NCBI GenBank assembly: GCA_000708835.1
Contig: DF237194.1
Location: 1-64,000, forward strand
DNA from: Klebsormidium nitens
Taxonomy: Eukaryota > Plantae > Klebsormidiophyceae
Length of the DNA: 64,000 bases
Reading direction: 5' to 3'
Below are positions 58,666 through 64,000 of the stretch, in pieces. A program made the position numbers and the translations under genes. The notes below the pieces were generated by a model, which was not told where the DNA came from, ran no database searches, and saw only the letters and a list, made by a program, of their open reading frames with translations. Position 1 is the stretch's first letter, and each line of letters opens with the position of its first letter.

Positions 58666-60582
58666 CAAGCGAACTGTCTCTGGTAGCACCTTCCTTAAAC
58701 TTCGGAGGCAGGCGCTTGGGGGACGCTATGCAGTGGGCTGAATGTTGGAAAGAGTGGGTGACGGGCGGAAAGACTGCCCGGGTTGGAATCCCGTGCAAGC
58801 GGCGGGCTGGAAAAGTGCCCGGGTTGGGCTCCCGGGGTCCGTACCAGGGAGGGGGGGCCTCGGCACGGGGACTGCTCTTTTGGAGGCAGCGGCGATTTTT
58901 GGCGGTGGGGCCGTCTCAGCAGAGCGAGGGCCGAGCGCGGTGCGTCCAGGGCTCGCTGCAAATCGGAGGGATCCCTCTGTTCCCGACCTCTGGTCTTGGA
59001 AGCGGGGCCGCTGTTGAGGGCCACTTTGCTTGAAGATGATGATTTCAGCCATTGAGCAGCCCACCAAGTCGGGGCCGGGGCGTTGCAGCGAATCCGACTG
59101 AGAGAGTGGGCGGAATTCAGCGCGGACTGGGCGGAATACGGCGCGGATCGGGTGGATCCGGAGTCTGACTGGGCGGAGTCTGCGCAAGTCCTTCGGAGCC
59201 GCCAAAGGACGACGATCGAGTGCACGTTGGACTCTTCGAAAGCAAGTAAGTTGTGCAACCGGATCCTCTGAGCGATTTACCATGCAAGTTTCGTCCAACT
59301 TTCAGCGCAGCTTGTCGGTCAAATAACCAACAAGGTTTTGATGAAAGTAGTCAGGCTTCTTCCGCAGATTACGGATTCTAGGGTCTGCATAGTCAAACTC
59401 CGCCAAACCCGGCTGCTTGATCCTGCCACGATGCTCAATATCATGGTGTCCAAACGGTCGGAATTGCTTCTGCAGTTTTCGGGGGTACGCAGACATGCCG
59501 AGGTAATGCGAGCGCGTTCAAGGACGACAGCTGGCGGGCGGGCAGGCAGTCTGCCGGATCAGCCTCGGGCTCTAGCATGTGTTGCTGTGGGCCTTTGGCT
59601 TACGGATAGTCTCGCAAGCTGAGCGCGATGCGTAGAGGAATCTAGAGAGCAGAAAGGATCATGTTGTTGCAAAGTTCCGTCATACGCTTGTCTTTGACAC
59701 TCTCTTTACATTGTCAACATAGCAAAGTATTCTAAAAGTGAGAAGTGTTACTCTTTTCTTCATACGATGACATCTTACTGCTGCCAGGCGTCAAGCTGAC
59801 GTGTTGTCGCTCATGAGGATTCCTTGTTGGACCACGGAATGCATTATCGCGGCCTTACTAATATCCAAGGAAGTTCATTTTCTTGCTTCGGCGCATAAGG
59901 CTGACCACTTTGCGGGTGTACATGTATGATCGTGCTCTGCATTTGATTCATGCATGCGGTGGCCGCCAGCATGGACATTGCATGACGACAAGTCAGTCAA
60001 ATACTGGATTGAAAAGTTGCGCATGGAATGACAGTGCTGTGCACGAAACGTTGAAGCCGGCATATAACTACAGCCAGCAGTATCGTTCAATCGTTGGCAG
60101 CCGCGCAGAGTGAGGCGGCCGGCCCCCGGACCGGCGGGAGCCGGGCAAGAGGTGCCCATGCTAGCGGAAAACCCGGGCGCTTCGCTGAATTTCAGATTCC
60201 AAAATGGCCTGTACGTGGTGACACTTGGCCAGATTGCTGACTTGTCCTCCGGCCAAAACAACGGGGCAACTTCACGGGTATCAACAACGAAGTACATGGG
60301 CGGCCCACATTACAGAACTGTCAGAAGGCTCTTTCACTCAATGGAATCGCCGTCAGGCAATCTAGACGCTTACTTGTAATCCACTCTGTAGACGCCCCGC
60401 GCTGCTGCTTGTGCTTCTGCTAGCTGCTCTGTATTTGGCTCTTGTAATATAGAGCCTGATCTACGAAGCTCAACAAATTACAGCATTGCGCTGTTTTTTG
60501 TGATCAAAAGACTCAGGCGACTCGCGGCATTGCCCTCTAGAAGAACGTCGTAAGAGCAAGGATTGAAGTAGGAAGGACTGCA

Positions 60583-63500
60583 ATGGCGCCAAAGGCTAAG
60601 AAGGAGGAAACGAATCACTCTGATGCAGTCAAAGTTCTTGAGGAGGGGCACCTGTTCTTCTTCTACCGGCCGAAAGTGGAGCAGGAGTCCCCAGAGAGCA
60701 TCGACGATCTCCAGAGGTTGTATCTTGTGATGCGTCCGGTTGGGGGCTCAGATGTCGGGCCACAAGGGGAGGAAGCTGTGCAGGATGAGGGGGATGAGAA
60801 GCAGCTGAAGCAGAGCAAGGTGAAAGGATTGGTTGGTTTCGTTGTGGAGTGGACTAGTGCTTTTGCGTGAAACAGTGTACGTGTAAGATCACAAGCTTAG
60901 CTTCATCACTCAGCCACTAACACCAGCTCGGAGAGACTGTTCAAGCACTTGGCATTGCAATTGAGCAATAACAGGCAAAGGGTATAGTGCATCTGACAGT
61001 TCCCAATATCACAATCAATGTTCTGCGGGTGTTTGGGTATGTGGGGTACAACCTGAGAGTAGCTGCTTCAACTGAGGAGTCTCAAAGATAATGACGCTGA
61101 TAGTGATGATAGTCTTCCCTCTTGTGAGTCTCGTAATGTAACTGCATGCATGGTGTCTGAAACTTTCAGCAGGCAGACCAGCCACAGACTCCTCTTAAAC
61201 TTCAGCTTGTCAGAGACTTTTTACTCAAAAATCTGAGTTTAAGTTTTCAAAGTTTTGGCTCTGCCTACTGAAGCGGTCGTTGCGCTGCTCAATCATCTAA
61301 TGTATGGATTGTCGAGTTTGTATTCAAGAGTGTTGGGTTTGAGGGGTATATCACAGAGTAGGCCTGAAGTTGGAGGACAAAGTTTCAAACGCGTCAGTTG
61401 TTCGACCTTTTCTTGCAAATGACAAGATTGGCTTCCTTCTTGGGCAACAGAACGACCTGACGACACCAGACAATCATAGCAAAATTGAGAGCCCCAAGAT
61501 ATCTGGACAAATTATAAGAAAAGTGTCATTCCTGCTATTTACGTCAGCCCATGCTGTCGCCACTTGACAAAGGTGTGCCTTCACAATGCAGGAGGAACAT
61601 CTGAAAAAGGTTGAGGACGTAGCACAGCAGACAGGTTCACGGGGCGGAGCCAAGCAAGAAAAGGGCGCCACTGCAAAGAAAGACGGCCCTAAGGGTCACA
61701 CCAACGAAGAGCAAGCCAAAGGGGGGGACGAAAAATCTGCCAAAAAGCCAAAGACCGAGGAACAAGGCGAGGGGGATGAAGCGGAAGGTGGGAAAGTGGG
61801 GGGAAAGCCACTCCACAAGAAGGATCTGAAGCTGAGGCTGCGGTATGTGGTGGTTGCAAAGAAGGCGCTGCCGAAAGTGACGGGGAAGAAGAGCCGACCA
61901 TTCTGGGCGTTTGTGGAGACCGTAACGGACGATCCTGAGGTATGGTTTTGGGTTTTGGGTTTTGGGTTTTGGGGTTCTGGTTTTCGGTTTTGGCGATTTG
62001 GGGTTTAGGAAAAAGTAGGACTCTGTGGTTTGAGGCCGTTTTGGGCGTCCATGGAGATTGCCACGGACGATTCCGGGGTGAGAAGTTGGTGTTTATAACG
62101 TGAACCTCGTAGGAAGAACTGGCCAGGACTATGTTGAAACATTGTCCGTTTGGTTCCAAAAGCGGATGAGAGTTGGGGCATGGATCTTCAAAACCTCTTG
62201 TCGTTTGTACTCGCCTCTCTAAAATCTCCCTTTACCAAGACATCAACCGAGTGTCAAGCTATTGCATCTGACTTTTCCTGGCTTGCTGCTGAGACATCTC
62301 GCAATTTGGTTCGTTTGGAGATGGACACTGAAAGAATATCTTCCCCTTGAAAGCTGCAGTCTGCATCATCGGACAGATTTGAAAACATGCGGAAGGTACC
62401 TTTGACTGTATATTGCTGGTAGCATCACCGTTGTATCACGTGTTGGCAATTCAGAAACTTGGATCCTTGGAGAATCACTGAATTGCTTTGCCAACTTCAA
62501 GAATCGCTCTCGCAGGTGATTCGACAGAAGCTCAAAGGAAGTACGTACGAAACAAAGACCCGAGGGACGCGGCACCAGCCCGCGGCGCGGCCTTGCGGAG
62601 TAAGTCGCCGATTATCCGTTTCCAGATTGTCTTGCTTTGGTAATCTCAGGAGGCTGCATCGGTTGACCCGATAAGGCTTGATCGGTCTTGGAAATGGATG
62701 ATGCCTTCGATTCGTTTCGGCGCAGACTATGATATTTGCTTGACTCCGCAGACGATCTTCGTGGTCGAATAGCAAAGAGTTCGAAGTCCGTCACGCGATG
62801 GGAACCATTTCCTGTGGGAAGCTTTCTCGACGTCCCGAGCCGCTTTATTGGCTTATTTGAACGCCTCTGTAACGAATTGTGCGATCGTTTTCAGTCCGTA
62901 CAACCAAAGGTTCGAGCCTCGTTTACCAACCTCAAGTCCTTCGAATAATGAGGATGGTGCAATTACGCTTTCACAGTCTGCCTTTCAACGTTACCTTTTG
63001 TCTCTTTTACTTTGATTTGCGGGTCCTGCCCCTGTACTCGAGTCACCTTGCTAGTAGTTGTTGTTTCTCTTCTGGCTCTTATTCTTGTGACGATGTACAG
63101 AGCACTACGCACCGTCAGCGAACCCCTACCACTGTAGTATATTTGCCTTTTTAGCTGTTTCTTCTTCTCTGACTCTTAATCTCAAGACATTTTTCAGCGG
63201 GGCGTATACAAGAACACGACACAACGTAAGCGGATTCGTACCAATGTCGCAATTTGAAAGTCGTTTTCGAGCTTCGCTGATTCTTATTTGTGTGACGGTT
63301 TACAGGAGGGCGTGGACAGATCATCACGCTTCTGAACGAACTCCTACCACTGTAAAGAGGATGAAGTTTGCAATCGTAGTGTCTTCTTCTCTAACCTTTA
63401 TCCTTATGACGATGTATAGGAGGGTGTGTACAAGATCACGACGCACCATGAGCGCGAGCACACGCACCTGGCGTACAAGCTGGAGCTGCCAAGCACGCCG

Positions 63501-64000
63501 GGCGAAGTGCAGGTAAATCTGACGGCTCGAAGTGACCCTAAGTGAGACTTACCGGAGGCAGTTTAAAAGCGTACAACAAGTGTCCGAAAAAGCATTCCCA
63601 TCTCGTTCTTCGCAGCCCATCGGCTTCTGAAGGTTGTGCTGCAAAGCAACATCCATAGCGTCCAAAAGTTCCTAGGTTGCTTGCTGTATCTAGCCTCCTT
63701 AAGCATCTCAAGCCCTGCCCGAGGCAAGCCTCGCAGTAACCCTTACAAGACTGCAAAGAAACCGTTGCGGCAGATGCGAAGGCTACGATCACGGTTATGC
63801 AGATTAGATACAACTTCGAGGCATTCAATCTCATGACATTCCAACGCCCGCAGGAGATCACAACATTCTGTTTGAGGCGAGCTTCGCAGTACTCCTGCGA
63901 AGGATCCATTGCGCCCGAAAAGCTGACAGAGTCGCAAGAAAAGCAACAGAACCCTCTTCTCACCCCGTTCCTCGCCCGCAGGAAGAGCTCAACATTCTGC
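60583..64000 (+). CDS. Conserved uncharacterised protein (partial; continues beyond the window)
   Basis: Exons 60583-60819, 61592-61939, 62516-62599, 63420-63512 and 63982 onward are all phase 0. Motifs: EEGHLFFFYRPKV, DDLQRLYLVMRP, FWAFVETV, YETKTRGTRHQPAARPCGEGVY, THLAYKLELP. I recall these from an unnamed family in land plants, fungi and bacteria; this needs a search. Confidence 0.8.
61944..62009. repeat. Degenerate (TTTTGGG)n telomere-like microsatellite just after a splice donor
   Basis: GGTTTTGGGTTTTGGGTTTTGGGTTTTGGGGTTCTGGTTTTCGG...GGGGTTTAGG is read directly from the sequence. Confidence 0.8.

Noticed and set aside
57758-59298. 150-190-aa overlapping ORFs on both strands
   Set aside because: These are GC-driven open frames over repetitive DNA, with no domain or consistent splice structure.

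Overview
Eukaryotic nuclear DNA: intron-rich, GT-AG introns, with plant-type and plastid-targeted genes. It is most consistent with a streptophyte alga such as Klebsormidium; that assignment is inferred from gene content and sequence style, not shown. I assembled phase-consistent spliced models by hand for NOG1 (-), MAK16 (+), a long NusG/KOW pTAC13-like gene (-), CRR7 (-), a PhyH-family 2OG-Fe(II) dioxygenase (+), VPS45 (-), an R3H-SUZ RNA-binding protein (+, spanning a 232-N gap) and a conserved unknown protein (+) that runs off the right end. Between MAK16 and the pTAC13-like gene lies a ~10 kb island of divergent F-box genes and pseudogenes. The strongest unexplained signal is that six of the eight intron-rich housekeeping or conserved genes carry, in an adjacent intron, one to three decayed tandem copies of an exon edge, often with its splice site. 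The copies are mostly spaced ~100-200 bp apart. The palindrome TGACGTCA is also strongly over-represented. No tRNA, rRNA, CRISPR array or intact transposase was recognised.
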